Positions 40,172 through 54,400 of a stretch of 64,000 bases of DNA are shown piece by piece; positions within the stretch are counted from its first letter, which is position 1; every line of letters starts with the position of its first letter. The DNA is taken from contig OZ024741.1 in the NCBI GenBank assembly GCA_964016885.1, positions 260,462,001 to 260,526,000 of the forward strand, in the 5' to 3' direction. The notes beneath the pieces are model-generated. The model did no database searches. It was not told the DNA's origin and saw nothing but the letters and a program-made list of their open reading frames with translations. The position numbers and the translations under genes are program-made. This stretch comes from Eledone cirrhosa (Eukaryota).

Positions 40172-42186
40172 GGTGTTTTGACTTACGAGTGTTTCGATAC
40201 GAGTGTTTCGACTTACGAGTGTTCTGACTTACGAGTGTTTTGACTTACGAGTGTTCTGATTTACGGAAGTTTCGACATACGAGTGTTTCGATTACGAGTG
40301 TTTCGACTTATGAGTGTTTCGACTTACGAGTGTTTCGGCTTATGAGTGTTTCGACTTACGAGTGCTTCGGCTTACGAGTGTTTCGACTTACGAGTATTTC
40401 GGCTTACGAGTGTTTCGACGTACGAATGTTTTGGCTTACGAGTGTTTCGGCTTATGAGTGTTTCGGCTTACGAGTGTTTCGACTTACGAGTGTTTCGGCT
40501 TACGAGTGTTTCAGTGTTTCGGCTTACGTGTGTTTCGACTTACGAGTGTTTCGACTTACGACTGTTTCGGCTTACGAGTGTATCGGCTTACGAGTGTTTC
40601 GGCTTACGAGTGTTTTGACTTACGAGTGTTTTGACTTACGATTGTTTGGCTTACGAGTGTTCTGACTTACGGGTGTTCTGACTTACGAGTGTTCCGACTT
40701 ACGAGTGTTTCGGCTTATGAGGGTTTCGACTTACGAGTGCTTCGGCTTACGAGTGTTTCGACTTACGAGTGTTTCGACTTACGAGTGTTTTGACTTACGG
40801 AATTTCGGCTTACGAGTGTTTCGACTTACGAGTGTTTTGACGTACGGATGTTTCGACTTACGGGTCTTTCGACTTGCGAGTGTTTCGGCTTGCGAGTGTT
40901 TCGGCTTATGAGGGTTTCGACTTACGAGTGCTTCGGCTTACGAGTGTTTCGACTTACGAGTGTTATGACTTACGGGTGTTTTGACATACGAGTGTTTCGA
41001 CTTACGAGTGTTTTGACTTACGGGTGTTTTGACATACGAGTGTTTCGATACGAGTGTTCTGACTTACGAGTGTTCTGACTTACGAGTGTTTCGACATACG
41101 AGTGTTTTGGCTTACGGGTGTTTCGACTTACGAGTGTTTTGACTTACGAATGTTTTGACTTACGGGTGTTTCGGCTTACGAGTGTTTCGACTTACGAGTG
41201 TTTCGGCTTACGAGTGTTTCGACTTACTAATGTTTTTACTTACGAGTGTTTCGGCGTACGAGAGTTTTGACTTACGAGTGTTTCGACTTACGAGTGTTTC
41301 GACTTACGAGTATTTTGACTTACGAATGTTTTGACTTACGGGTGTTTCGGCTTACGAGTGTTTCGACTTACGAGTGTTTCGGCTTACGAGTGATTCGACT
41401 TACTAATGTTTTTACTTACGAGTGTTTCGGCGTACGAGAGTTTTGACTTACGAGTGTTTCGACTTACGAGTGTTTCGACTTACGAGTATTTTGACTTACG
41501 AATGTTTTGACTTACGGGTGTTTCGGCTTACGAGTGTTTCGACTTACGAGTCTTTCGGCTTACGAGTGTTTTGACTTACGAGTGTTTTGACTTAAGGGTG
41601 TTTCGACTTACGAGTATTTTTGGCTTACGAGTGTTTCGACTTACGAGTGTTTTGACTTACGAGTGTTCTGATTTACGGATGTTTCGACATACGAGTGTTT
41701 CGACTTATGAGTGTTTCGACTTACGATTGTTTCGACTTACGAGTGTTTTGACTTACGGTGTTTCAGCTTACGAGTGTTTCGACTTACGAGTGTTTTGACT
41801 TACGGGTGTTTTGACATACGAGTGTTTCGGTGTTTCGGCTTACCTGTGTTTCGACTTACGAGTGTTTCGACTTACGAGTGTTTCGGCTTATGAGTGTTTC
41901 GACTTACGAGTGCTTCGGCTTACGAGTGTTTCGACTTACGAGTATTTCGGCTTACGAGTGTTTCGACGTACGAATGTTTTGGCTTACGAGTGTTTCGGCT
42001 TATAAGTTTTTCGACTTACGAGTGTTTCGACTTACGAGTGTTTCGGCTTACGAGTGTTTCGACTTACGAGTGTTTCGGCTTACGAGTGTTTCAGTGTTTC
42101 GGCTTACGTGTGTTTCGACTTACGAGTGTTTCGACTTACGACTGTTTCGGCTTACGAGTGTTTCGGCTTACGAGTGTTTCGGCTTA

Positions 42187-43001
42187 TATATAAACGTTTC
42201 TATTTCCATCGTTTTATCGTAAACGTTTATATATTTCCATCGTTATATCATAACGTTTATATTTCCGTCACTAATCTCTTTTTCTCCTTTTCCGTTTTAA
42301 TATATATTTATTTCAAATATTTCACCGTATAGATAACATATATATTTATACATGCATAAAAGACACACCGAGAGACGGTGAAAATGTGGTGCCAAAAACA
42401 TTTCTCATCCAAATCTCAACAATATCAGTATATACACTAGATTTGCTAGCAGAAAACCGCCCACCGGGTGGTTTTCTGCTATTCTATATATATAAAACTG
42501 AGGATGTCTGTCTGTGTGTGAGTTTGAATCCCTAAAACTCGAGAACCACCCAACCGACTGTTTTCAAACTTTACACATGTAATAATTATGTTTCAGGGAG
42601 TGTTCTGAGCAAAGAATATTTCAAATTTTCAATGCCGTAGGGACCACATTAGGCGATTTAGCGATCTCTCTCTATAATTCTTAGTCTTTCTCTTTTTAGA
42701 TAGAATTTTCAATGTCGTAGGGACCACATTAGGCGATTTAGCGATCTCTCTCTATAATTCTTAGTCTTTCTCTTTTTAGATAGATACATACATATGACGT
42801 CGTGCCCTTATAATATCTGTCTGTATGTCTGGCTGTCTGCATTACGTCACTTCCCTGAGGATGTCTGTGTGTGTGTGTGTCTGTGAGTTTGAATCCTTAA
42901 AATGCGAGAAGTACCCAACCGATTTTTTTCAAACTTTACATGTGTATTACTTATGTTTCAGGGAGTGTTTGTTATGCACATAAAATTCAACCTTTTGATC
43001 T
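42187..43001 (+). mobile_element. 815-bp Helitron-like cassette, copy 7
   Basis: Near-identical copy. Confidence 0.6.
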
Positions 43002-45016
43002 GGTGTTTTGACTTACGAGTGTTTCGATACGAGTGTTTCGACTTACGAGTGTTCTGACTTACGAGTGTTTTGACTTACGAGTGTTCTGATTTACGGAAGT
43101 TTCGACATACGAGTGTTTCGATTACGAGTGTTTCGACTTATGAGTGTTTCGACTTACGAGTGTTTCGGCTTATGAGTGTTTCGACTTACGAGTGCTTCGG
43201 CTTACGAGTGTTTCGACTTACGAGTATTTCGGCTTACGAGTGTTTCGACGTACGAATGTTTTGGCTTACGAGTGTTTCGGCTTATGAGTGTTTCGGCTTA
43301 CGAGTGTTTCGACTTACGAGTGTTTCGGCTTACGAGTGTTTCAGTGTTTCGGCTTACGTGTGTTTCGACTTACGAGTGTTTCGACTTACGACTGTTTCGG
43401 CTTACGAGTGTATCGGCTTACGAGTGTTTCGGCTTACGAGTGTTTTGACTTACGAGTGTTTTGACTTACGATTGTTTGGCTTACGAGTGTTCTGACTTAC
43501 GGGTGTTCTGACTTACGAGTGTTCCGACTTACGAGTGTTTCGGCTTATGAGGGTTTCGACTTACGAGTGCTTCGGCTTACGAGTGTTTCGACTTACGAGT
43601 GTTTCGACTTACGAGTGTTTTGACTTACGGAATTTCGGCTTACGAGTGTTTCGACTTACGAGTGTTTTGACGTACGGATGTTTCGACTTACGGGTCTTTC
43701 GACTTGCGAGTGTTTCGGCTTGCGAGTGTTTCGGCTTATGAGGGTTTCGACTTACGAGTGCTTCGGCTTACGAGTGTTTCGACTTACGAGTGTTATGACT
43801 TACGGGTGTTTTGACATACGAGTGTTTCGACTTACGAGTGTTTTGACTTACGGGTGTTTTGACATACGAGTGTTTCGATACGAGTGTTCTGACTTACGAG
43901 TGTTCTGACTTACGAGTGTTTCGACATACGAGTGTTTTGGCTTACGGGTGTTTCGACTTACGAGTGTTTTGACTTACGAATGTTTTGACTTACGGGTGTT
44001 TCGGCTTACGAGTGTTTCGACTTACGAGTGTTTCGGCTTACGAGTGTTTCGACTTACTAATGTTTTTACTTACGAGTGTTTCGGCGTACGAGAGTTTTGA
44101 CTTACGAGTGTTTCGACTTACGAGTGTTTCGACTTACGAGTATTTTGACTTACGAATGTTTTGACTTACGGGTGTTTCGGCTTACGAGTGTTTCGACTTA
44201 CGAGTGTTTCGGCTTACGAGTGATTCGACTTACTAATGTTTTTACTTACGAGTGTTTCGGCGTACGAGAGTTTTGACTTACGAGTGTTTCGACTTACGAG
44301 TGTTTCGACTTACGAGTATTTTGACTTACGAATGTTTTGGCTTACGGGTGTTTCGGCTTACGAGTGTTTCGACTTACGAGTCTTTCGGCTTACGAGTGTT
44401 TTGACATACGAGTGTTTTGACTTAAGGGTGTTTCGACTTACGAGTATTTTTGGCTTACGAGTGTTTCGACTTACGAGTGTTTTGACTTACGAGTGTTCTG
44501 ATTTACGGATGTTTCGACATACGAGTGTTTCGACTTATGAGTGTTTCGACTTACGATTGTTTCGACTTACGAGTGTTTTGACTTACGGTGTTTCAGCTTA
44601 CGAGTGTTTCGACTTACGAGTGTTTTGACTTACGGGTGTTTTGACATACGAGTGTTTCGGTGTTTCGGCTTACCTGTGTTTCGACTTACGAGTGTTTCGA
44701 CTTACGAGTGTTTCGGCTTATGAGTGTTTCGACTTACGAGTGCTTCGGCTTACGAGTGTTTCGACTTACGAGTATTTCGGCTTACGAGTGTTTCGACGTA
44801 CGAATGTTTTGGCTTACGAGTGTTTCGGCTTATAAGTTTTTCGACTTACGAGTGTTTCGACTTACGAGTGTTTCGGCTTACGAGTGTTTCGACTTACGAG
44901 TGTTTCGGCTTACGAGTGTTTCAGTGTTTCGGCTTACGTGTGTTTCGACTTACGAGTGTTTCGACTTACGACTGTTTCGGCTTACGAGTGTTTCGGCTTA
45001 CGAGTGTTTCGGCTTA

Positions 45017-45831
45017 TATATAAACGTTTCTATTTCCATCGTTTTATCGTAAACGTTTATATATTTCCATCGTTATATCATAACGTTTATATTTCCGTCA
45101 CTAATCTCTTTTTCTCCTTTTCCGTTTTAATATATATTTATTTCAAATATTTCACCGTATAGATAACATATATATTTATACATGCATAAAAGACACACCG
45201 AGAGACGGTGAAAATGTGGTGCCAAAAACATTTCTCATCCAAATCTCAACAATATCAGTATATACACTAGATTTGCTAGCAGAAAACCGCCCACCGGGTG
45301 GTTTTCTGCTATTCTATATATATAAAACTGAGGATGTCTGTCTGTGTGTGAGTTTGAATCCCTAAAACTCGAGAACCACCCAACCGACTGTTTTCAAACT
45401 TTACACATGTAATAATTATGTTTCAGGGAGTGTTCTGAGCAAAGAATATTTCAAATTTTCAATGCCGTAGGGACCACATTAGGCGATTTAGCGATCTCTC
45501 TCTATAATTCTTAGTCTTTCTCTTTTTAGATAGAATTTTCAATGTCGTAGGGACCACATTAGGCGATTTAGCGATCTCTCTCTATAATTCTTAGTCTTTC
45601 TCTTTTTAGATAGATACATACATATGACGTCGTGCCCTTATAATATCTGTCTGTATGTCTGGCTGTCTGCATTACGTCACTTCCCTGAGGATGTCTGTGT
45701 GTGTGTGTGTCTGTGAGTTTGAATCCTTAAAATGCGAGAAGTACCCAACCGATTTTTTTCAAACTTTACATGTGTATTACTTATGTTTCAGGGAGTGTTT
45801 GTTATGCACATAAAATTCAACCTTTTGATCT
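45017..45831 (+). mobile_element. 815-bp Helitron-like cassette, copy 8
   Basis: Near-identical copy. Confidence 0.6.
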
Positions 45832-47846
45832 GGTGTTTTGACTTACGAGTGTTTCGATACGAGTGTTTCGACTTACGAGTGTTCTGACTTACGAGTGTTT
45901 TGACTTACGAGTGTTCTGATTTACGGAAGTTTCGACATACGAGTGTTTCGATTACGAGTGTTTCGACTTATGAGTGTTTCGACTTACGAGTGTTTCGGCT
46001 TATGAGTGTTTCGACTTACGAGTGCTTCGGCTTACGAGTGTTTCGACTTACGAGTATTTCGGCTTACGAGTGTTTCGACGTACGAATGTTTTGGCTTACG
46101 AGTGTTTCGGCTTATGAGTGTTTCGGCTTACGAGTGTTTCGACTTACGAGTGTTTCGGCTTACGAGTGTTTCAGTGTTTCGGCTTACGTGTGTTTCGACT
46201 TACGAGTGTTTCGACTTACGACTGTTTCGGCTTACGAGTGTATCGGCTTACGAGTGTTTCGGCTTACGAGTGTTTTGACTTACGAGTGTTTTGACTTACG
46301 ATTGTTTGGCTTACGAGTGTTCTGACTTACGGGTGTTCTGACTTACGAGTGTTCCGACTTACGAGTGTTTCGGCTTATGAGGGTTTCGACTTACGAGTGC
46401 TTCGGCTTACGAGTGTTTCGACTTACGAGTGTTTCGACTTACGAGTGTTTTGACTTACGGAATTTCGGCTTACGAGTGTTTCGACTTACGAGTGTTTTGA
46501 CGTACGGATGTTTCGACTTACGGGTCTTTCGACTTGCGAGTGTTTCGGCTTGCGAGTGTTTCGGCTTATGAGGGTTTCGACTTACGAGTGCTTCGGCTTA
46601 CGAGTGTTTCGACTTACGAGTGTTATGACTTACGGGTGTTTTGACATACGAGTGTTTCGACTTACGAGTGTTTTGACTTACGGGTGTTTTGACATACGAG
46701 TGTTTCGATACGAGTGTTCTGACTTACGAGTGTTCTGACTTACGAGTGTTTCGACATACGAGTGTTTTGGCTTACGGGTGTTTCGACTTACGAGTGTTTT
46801 GACTTACGAATGTTTTGACTTACGGGTGTTTCGGCTTACGAGTGTTTCGACTTACGAGTGTTTCGGCTTACGAGTGTTTCGACTTACTAATGTTTTTACT
46901 TACGAGTGTTTCGGCGTACGAGAGTTTTGACTTACGAGTGTTTCGACTTACGAGTGTTTCGACTTACGAGTATTTTGACTTACGAATGTTTTGACTTACG
47001 GGTGTTTCGGCTTACGAGTGTTTCGACTTACGAGTGTTTCGGCTTACGAGTGATTCGACTTACTAATGTTTTTACTTACGAGTGTTTCGGCGTACGAGAG
47101 TTTTGACTTACGAGTGTTTCGACTTACAAGTGTTTCGACTTACGAGTATTTTGACTTACGAATGTTTTGACTTACGGGTGTTTCGGCTTACGAGTGTTTC
47201 GACTTACGAGTCTTTCGGCTTACGAGTGTTTTGACTTACGAGTGTTTTGACTTAAGGGTGTTTCGACTTACGAGTATTTTTGGCTTACGAGTGTTTCGAC
47301 TTACGAGTGTTTTGACTTACGAGTGTTCTGATTTACGGATGTTTCGACATACGAGTGTTTCGACTTATGAGTGTTTCGACTTACGATTGTTTCGACTTAC
47401 GAGTGTTTTGACTTACGGTGTTTCAGCTTACGAGTGTTTCGACTTACGAGTGTTTTGACTTACGGGTGTTTTGACATACGAGTGTTTCGGTGTTTCGGCT
47501 TACCTGTGTTTCGACTTACGAGTGTTTCGACTTACGAGTGTTTCGGCTTATGAGTGTTTCGACTTACGAGTGCTTCGGCTTACGAGTGTTTCGACTTACG
47601 AGTATTTCGGCTTACGAGTGTTTCGACGTACGAATGTTTTGGCTTACGAGTGTTTCGGCTTATAAGTTTTTCGACTTACGAGTGTTTCGACTTACGAGTG
47701 TTTCGGCTTACGAGTGTTTCGACTTACGAGTGTTTCGGCTTACGAGTGTTTCAGTGTTTCGGCTTACGTGTGTTTCGACTTACGAGTGTTTCGACTTACG
47801 ACTGTTTCGGCTTACGAGTGTTTCGGCTTACGAGTGTTTCGGCTTA

Positions 47847-48661
47847 TATATAAACGTTTCTATTTCCATCGTTTTATCGTAAACGTTTATATATTTCCAT
47901 CGTTATATCATAACGTTTATATTTCCGTCACTAATCTCTTTTTCTCCTTTTCCGTTTTAATATATATTTATTTCAAATATTTCACCGTATAGATAACATA
48001 TATATTTATACATGCATAAAAGACACACCGAGAGACGGTGAAAATGTGGTGCCAAAAACATTTCTCATCCAAATCTCAACAATATCAGTATATACACTAG
48101 ATTTGCTAGCAGAAAACCGCCCACCGGGTGGTTTTCTGCTATTCTATATATATAAAACTGAGGATGTCTGTCTGTGTGTGAGTTTGAATCCCTAAAACTC
48201 GAGAACCACCCAACCGACTGTTTTCAAACTTTACACATGTAATAATTATGTTTCAGGGAGTGTTCTGAGCAAAGAATATTTCAAATTTTCAATGCCGTAG
48301 GGACCACATTAGGCGATTTAGCGATCTCTCTCTATAATTCTTAGTCTTTCTCTTTTTAGATAGAATTTTCAATGTCGTAGGGACCACATTAGGCGATTTA
48401 GCGATCTCTCTCTATAATTCTTAGTCTTTCTCTTTTTAGATAGATACATACATATGACGTCGTGCCCTTATAATATCTGTCTGTATGTCTGGCTGTCTGC
48501 ATTACGTCACTTCCCTGAGGATGTCTGTGTGTGTGTGTGTCTGTGAGTTTGAATCCTTAAAATGCGAGAAGTACCCAACCGATTTTTTTCAAACTTTACA
48601 TGTGTATTACTTATGTTTCAGGGAGTGTTTGTTATGCACATAAAATTCAACCTTTTGATCT
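47847..48661 (+). mobile_element. 815-bp Helitron-like cassette, copy 9
   Basis: Near-identical copy. Confidence 0.6.
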
Positions 48662-50676
48662 GGTGTTTTGACTTACGAGTGTTTCGATACGAGTGTTTCG
48701 ACTTACGAGTGTTCTGACTTACGAGTGTTTTGACTTACGAGTGTTCTGATTTACGGAAGTTTCGACATACGAGTGTTTCGATTACGAGTGTTTCGACTTA
48801 TGAGTGTTTCGACTTACGAGTGTTTCGGCTTATGAGTGTTTCGACTTACGAGTGCTTCGGCTTACGAGTGTTTCGACTTACGAGTATTTCGGCTTACGAG
48901 TGTTTCGACGTACGAATGTTTTGGCTTACGAGTGTTTCGGCTTATGAGTGTTTCGGCTTACGAGTGTTTCGACTTACGAGTGTTTCGGCTTACGAGTGTT
49001 TCAGTGTTTCGGCTTACGTGTGTTTCGACTTACGAGTGTTTCGACTTACGACTGTTTCGGCTTACGAGTGTATCGGCTTACGAGTGTTTCGGCTTACGAG
49101 TGTTTTGACTTACGAGTGTTTTGACTTACGATTGTTTGGCTTACGAGTGTTCTGACTTACGGGTGTTCTGACTTACGAGTGTTCCGACTTACGAGTGTTT
49201 CGGCTTATGAGGGTTTCGACTTACGAGTGCTTCGGCTTACGAGTGTTTCGACTTACGAGTGTTTCGACTTACAAGTGTTTTGACTTACGGAATTTCGGCT
49301 TACGAGTGTTTCGACTTACGAGTGTTTTGACGTACGGATGTTTCGACTTACGGGTCTTTCGACTTGCGAGTGTTTCGGCTTGCGAGTGTTTCGGCTTATG
49401 AGGGTTTCGACTTACGAGTGCTTCGGCTTACGAGTGTTTCGACTTACGAGTGTTATGACTTACGGGTGTTTTGACATACGAGTGTTTCGACTTACGAGTG
49501 TTTTGACTTACGGGTGTTTTGACATACGAGTGTTTCGATACGAGTGTTCTGACTTACGAGTGTTCTGACTTACGAGTGTTTCGACATACGAGTGTTTTGG
49601 CTTACGGGTGTTTCGACTTACGAGTGTTTTGACTTACGAATGTTTTGACTTACGGGTGTTTCGGCTTACGAGTGTTTCGACTTACGAGTGTTTCGGCTTA
49701 CGAGTGTTTCGACTTACTAATGTTTTTACTTACGAGTGTTTCGGCGTACGAGAGTTTTGACTTACGAGTGTTTCGACTTACGAGTGTTTCGACTTACGAG
49801 TATTTTGACTTACGAATGTTTTGACTTACGGGTGTTTCGGCTTACGAGTGTTTCGACTTACGAGTGTTTCGGCTTACGAGTGATTCGACTTACTAATGTT
49901 TTTACTTACGAGTGTTTCGGCGTACGAGAGTTTTGACTTACGAGTGTTTCGACTTACGAGTGTTTCGACTTACGAGTATTTTGACTTACGAATGTTTTGA
50001 CTTACGGGTGTTTCGGCTTACGAGTGTTTCGACTTACGAGTCTTTCGGCTTACGAGTGTTTTGACTTACGAGTGTTTTGACTTAAGGGTGTTTCGACTTA
50101 CGAGTATTTTTGGCTTACGAGTGTTTCGACTTACGAGTGTTTTGACTTACGAGTGTTCTGATTTACGGATGTTTCGACATACGAGTGTTTCGACTTATGA
50201 GTGTTTCGACTTACGATTGTTTCGACTTACGAGTGTTTTGACTTACGGTGTTTCAGCTTACGAGTGTTTCGACTTACGAGTGTTTTGACTTACGGGTGTT
50301 TTGACATACGAGTGTTTCGGTGTTTCGGCTTACCTGTGTTTCGACTTACGAGTGTTTCGACTTACGAGTGTTTCGGCTTATGAGTGTTTCGACTTACGAG
50401 TGCTTCGGCTTACGAGTGTTTCGACTTACGAGTATTTCGGCTTACGAGTGTTTCGACGTACGAATGTTTTGGCTTACGAGTGTTTCGGCTTATAAGTTTT
50501 TCGACTTACGAGTGTTTCGACTTACGAGTGTTTCGGCTTACGAGTGTTTCGACTTACGAGTGTTTCGGCTTACGAGTGTTTCAGTGTTTCGGCTTACGTG
50601 TGTTTCGACTTACGAGTGTTTCGACTTACGACTGTTTCGGCTTACGAGTGTTTCGGCTTACGAGTGTTTCGGCTTA

Positions 50677-51491
50677 TATATAAACGTTTCTATTTCCATC
50701 GTTTTATCGTAAACGTTTATATATTTCCATCGTTATATCATAACGTTTATATTTCCGTCACTAATCTCTTTTTCTCCTTTTCCGTTTTAATATATATTTA
50801 TTTCAAATATTTCACCGTATAGATAACATATATATTTATACATGCATAAAAGACACACCGAGAGACGGTGAAAATGTGGTGCCAAAAACATTTCTCATCC
50901 AAATCTCAACAATATCAGTATATACACTAGATTTGCTAGCAGAAAACCGCCCACCGGGTGGTTTTCTGCTATTCTATATATATAAAACTGAGGATGTCTG
51001 TCTGTGTGTGAGTTTGAATCCCTAAAACTCGAGAACCACCCAACCGACTGTTTTCAAACTTTACACATGTAATAATTATGTTTCAGGGAGTGTTCTGAGC
51101 AAAGAATATTTCAAATTTTCAATGCCGTAGGGACCACATTAGGCGATTTAGCGATCTCTCTCTATAATTCTTAGTCTTTCTCTTTTTAGATAGAATTTTC
51201 AATGTCGTAGGGACCACATTAGGCGATTTAGCGATCTCTCTCTATAATTCTTAGTCTTTCTCTTTTTAGATAGATACATACATATGACGTCGTGCCCTTA
51301 TAATATCTGTCTGTATGTCTGGCTGTCTGCATTACGTCACTTCCCTGAGGATGTCTGTGTGTGTGTGTGTCTGTGAGTTTGAATCCTTAAAATGCGAGAA
51401 GTACCCAACCGATTTTTTTCAAACTTTACATGTGTATTACTTATGTTTCAGGGAGTGTTTGTTATGCACATAAAATTCAACCTTTTGATCT
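50677..51491 (+). mobile_element. 815-bp Helitron-like cassette, copy 10
   Basis: Near-identical copy. Confidence 0.6.
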
Positions 51492-54400
51492 GGTGTTTTG
51501 ACTTACGAGTGTTTCGATACGAGTGTTTCGACTTACGAGTGTTCTGACTTACGAGTGTTTTGACTTACGAGTGTTCTGATTTACGGAAGTTTCGACATAC
51601 GAGTGTTTCGATTACGAGTGTTTCGACTTATGAGTGTTTCGACTTACGAGTGTTTCGGCTTATGAGTGTTTCGACTTACGAGTGCTTCGGCTTACGAGTG
51701 TTTCGACTTACGAGTATTTCGGCTTACGAGTGTTTCGACGTACGAATGTTTTGGCTTACGAGTGTTTCGGCTTATGAGTGTTTCGGCTTACGAGTGTTTC
51801 GACTTACGAGTGTTTCGGCTTACGAGTGTTTCAGTGTTTCGGCTTACGTGTGTTTCGACTTACGAGTGTTTCGACTTACGACTGTTTCGGCTTACGAGTG
51901 TATCGGCTTACGAGTGTTTCGGCTTACGAGTGTTTTGACTTACGAGTGTTTTGACTTACGATTGTTTGGCTTACGAGTGTTCTGACTTACGGGTGTTCTG
52001 ACTTACGAGTGTTCCGACTTACGAGTGTTTCGGCTTATGAGGGTTTCGACTTACGAGTGCTTCGGCTTACGAGTGTTTCGACTTACGAGTGTTTCGACTT
52101 ACGAGTGTTTTGACTTACGGAATTTCGGCTTACGAGTGTTTCGACTTACGAGTGTTTTGACGTACGGATGTTTCGACTTACGGGTCTTTCGACTTGCGAG
52201 TGTTTCGGCTTGCGAGTGTTTCGGCTTATGAGGGTTTCGACTTACGAGTGCTTCGGCTTACGAGTGTTTCGACTTACGAGTGTTATGACTTACGGGTGTT
52301 TTGACATACGAGTGTTTCGACTTACGAGTGTTTTGACTTACGGGTGTTTTGACATACGAGTGTTTCGATACGAGTGTTCTGACTTACGAGTGTTCTGACT
52401 TACGAGTGTTTCGACATACGAGTGTTTTGGCTTACGGGTGTTTCGACTTACGAGTGTTTTGACTTACGAATGTTTTGACTTACGGGTGTTTCGGCTTACG
52501 AGTGTTTCGACTTACGAGTGTTTCGGCTTACGAGTGTTTCGACTTACTAATGTTTTTACTTACGAGTGTTTCGGCGTACGAGAGTTTTGACTTACGAGTG
52601 TTTCGACTTACGAGTGTTTCGACTTACGAGTATTTTGACTTACGAATGTTTTGACTTACGGGTGTTTCGGCTTACGAGTGTTTCGACTTACGAGTGTTTC
52701 GGCTTACGAGTGATTCGACTTACTAATGTTTTTACTTACGAGTGTTTCGGCGTACGAGAGTTTTGACTTACGAGTGTTTCGACTTACGAGTGTTTCGACT
52801 TACGAGTATTTTGACTTACGAATGTTTTGGCTTACGGGTGTTTCGGCTTACGAGTGTTTCGACTTACGAGTCTTTCGGCTTACGAGTGTTTTGACATACG
52901 AGTGTTTTGACTTAAGGGTGTTTCGACTTACGAGTATTTTTGGCTTACGAGTGTTTCGACTTACGAGTGTTTTGACTTACGAGTGTTCTGATTTACGGAT
53001 GTTTCGACATACGAGTGTTTCGACTTATGAGTGTTTCGACTTACGATTGTTTCGACTTACGAGTGTTTTGACTTACGGTGTTTCAGCTTACGAGTGTTTC
53101 GACTTACGAGTGTTTTGACTTACGGGTGTTTTGACATACGAGTGTTTCGATACGAGTGTTCTGACTTACGAGTGTTCTGACTTACGAGTGTTTTGACTTA
53201 CGAGTGTTCCGACTTACGAGTGTTCCGACTTACGAGTGTTCCGACTTACGAGTGTTTCAGCTTACGAGTGTTTCCGGCTTACGAGTGTTTCGACTTACGA
53301 GTGTTTTGACTTACGGTGTTTCGGGTTACGAGTGATTCGACTTACGAGTGTTTTGACTTACGGGTGTTTTGACTTACGGGTGTTGTGAATTACGAGTGTT
53401 CCGATTTACGAGTGTTTTGACATACGGTGTTTCGGCTTACGAGTGATTCGACTTACGAATGTTTTGACTTAAGGGTGTTTCGGCTTGCGAGTGTTTCGAC
53501 TTACGAGTGTTTCGGCTTATGAGTGTTTCGACTTACTAATGTTTTTACTTACGAGTGTTCTGACTTACGTGTTTTCCGAATTACGAGTGTTCCGACTTAC
53601 GAGTGTTTCGGCTTACGAGTGTTTCCGGCTTACGAGTGTTTCGACTTACGAGTGTTTCGACTTACGAGTGTTTTGACTTACGGTGTTTCGACTTACGAGT
53701 GATTCGACTTACGAGTGTTTTGACTTACGGGTGTTTTGACTTACGGGTGTTGTGAATTACCAGTGTTCCGATTTACGAGTGTTTTGACTTACGGTGTTTC
53801 GGCTTACGAGTGATTCGACTTACGAATGTTTTGACTTACGGGTGTTTCGGCTTGCTAGGGTTTCGACTTACGAGTGTTTCGGCTTATGAGTGTTTTGACT
53901 TACTACTGTTTTTACTTACGATTGTTTCGGCGTACGAGTGTTTTGACTTACGAGTGTTTCGACTTACGAGTGTTTCGACTTACGAGTGTTTCGGCTTACG
54001 TGAGTTTCGACTTAAGAGTGTTCTGATTTACGAGTGTTCTGACTTGCGGGTGTTCTGATTTACGAGTGTTCCGACTTACGAGTGTTTCGTCTTATGAGTG
54101 TTTCGAATTACGAGTGTTTCGGCTTACGAGTGTTTCGACTTACGAGTGTTTTGACTTACGAATGTTTTGACTTACGGGTGTTTCGGCTTACGAGTGTTTC
54201 GACTTACGAGTCTTTCGGCTCACGAGTGTTTCGGCGTACGAGTGTTTCGACTTACGAGTGTTTCGACTTACGGGTGTTTTGACTTACGGGTGTTTCGGCT
54301 TACGAGTGTTTTGACTTACGGGTGTTTTGACTTAAGGGTGTTTCGACTTACGAGTATTTTTGGCTTACGAGTGTTTCGACTTACGAGTGTTTTGAATTAC

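Larger units (their letters stand above)
30560..53149 (+). repeat. Highly homogeneous HOR array, ~8 head-to-tail copies of a 2830-bp unit (815-bp cassette plus ~2015 bp of satellite)
   Basis: Cassette starts at 30691, 33521, 36527, 39357, 42187, 45017, 47847 and 50677. Spacing is 2830 except one interval of 3006 (2830+176). ORF landmarks repeat with the same period. Confidence 0.97.
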
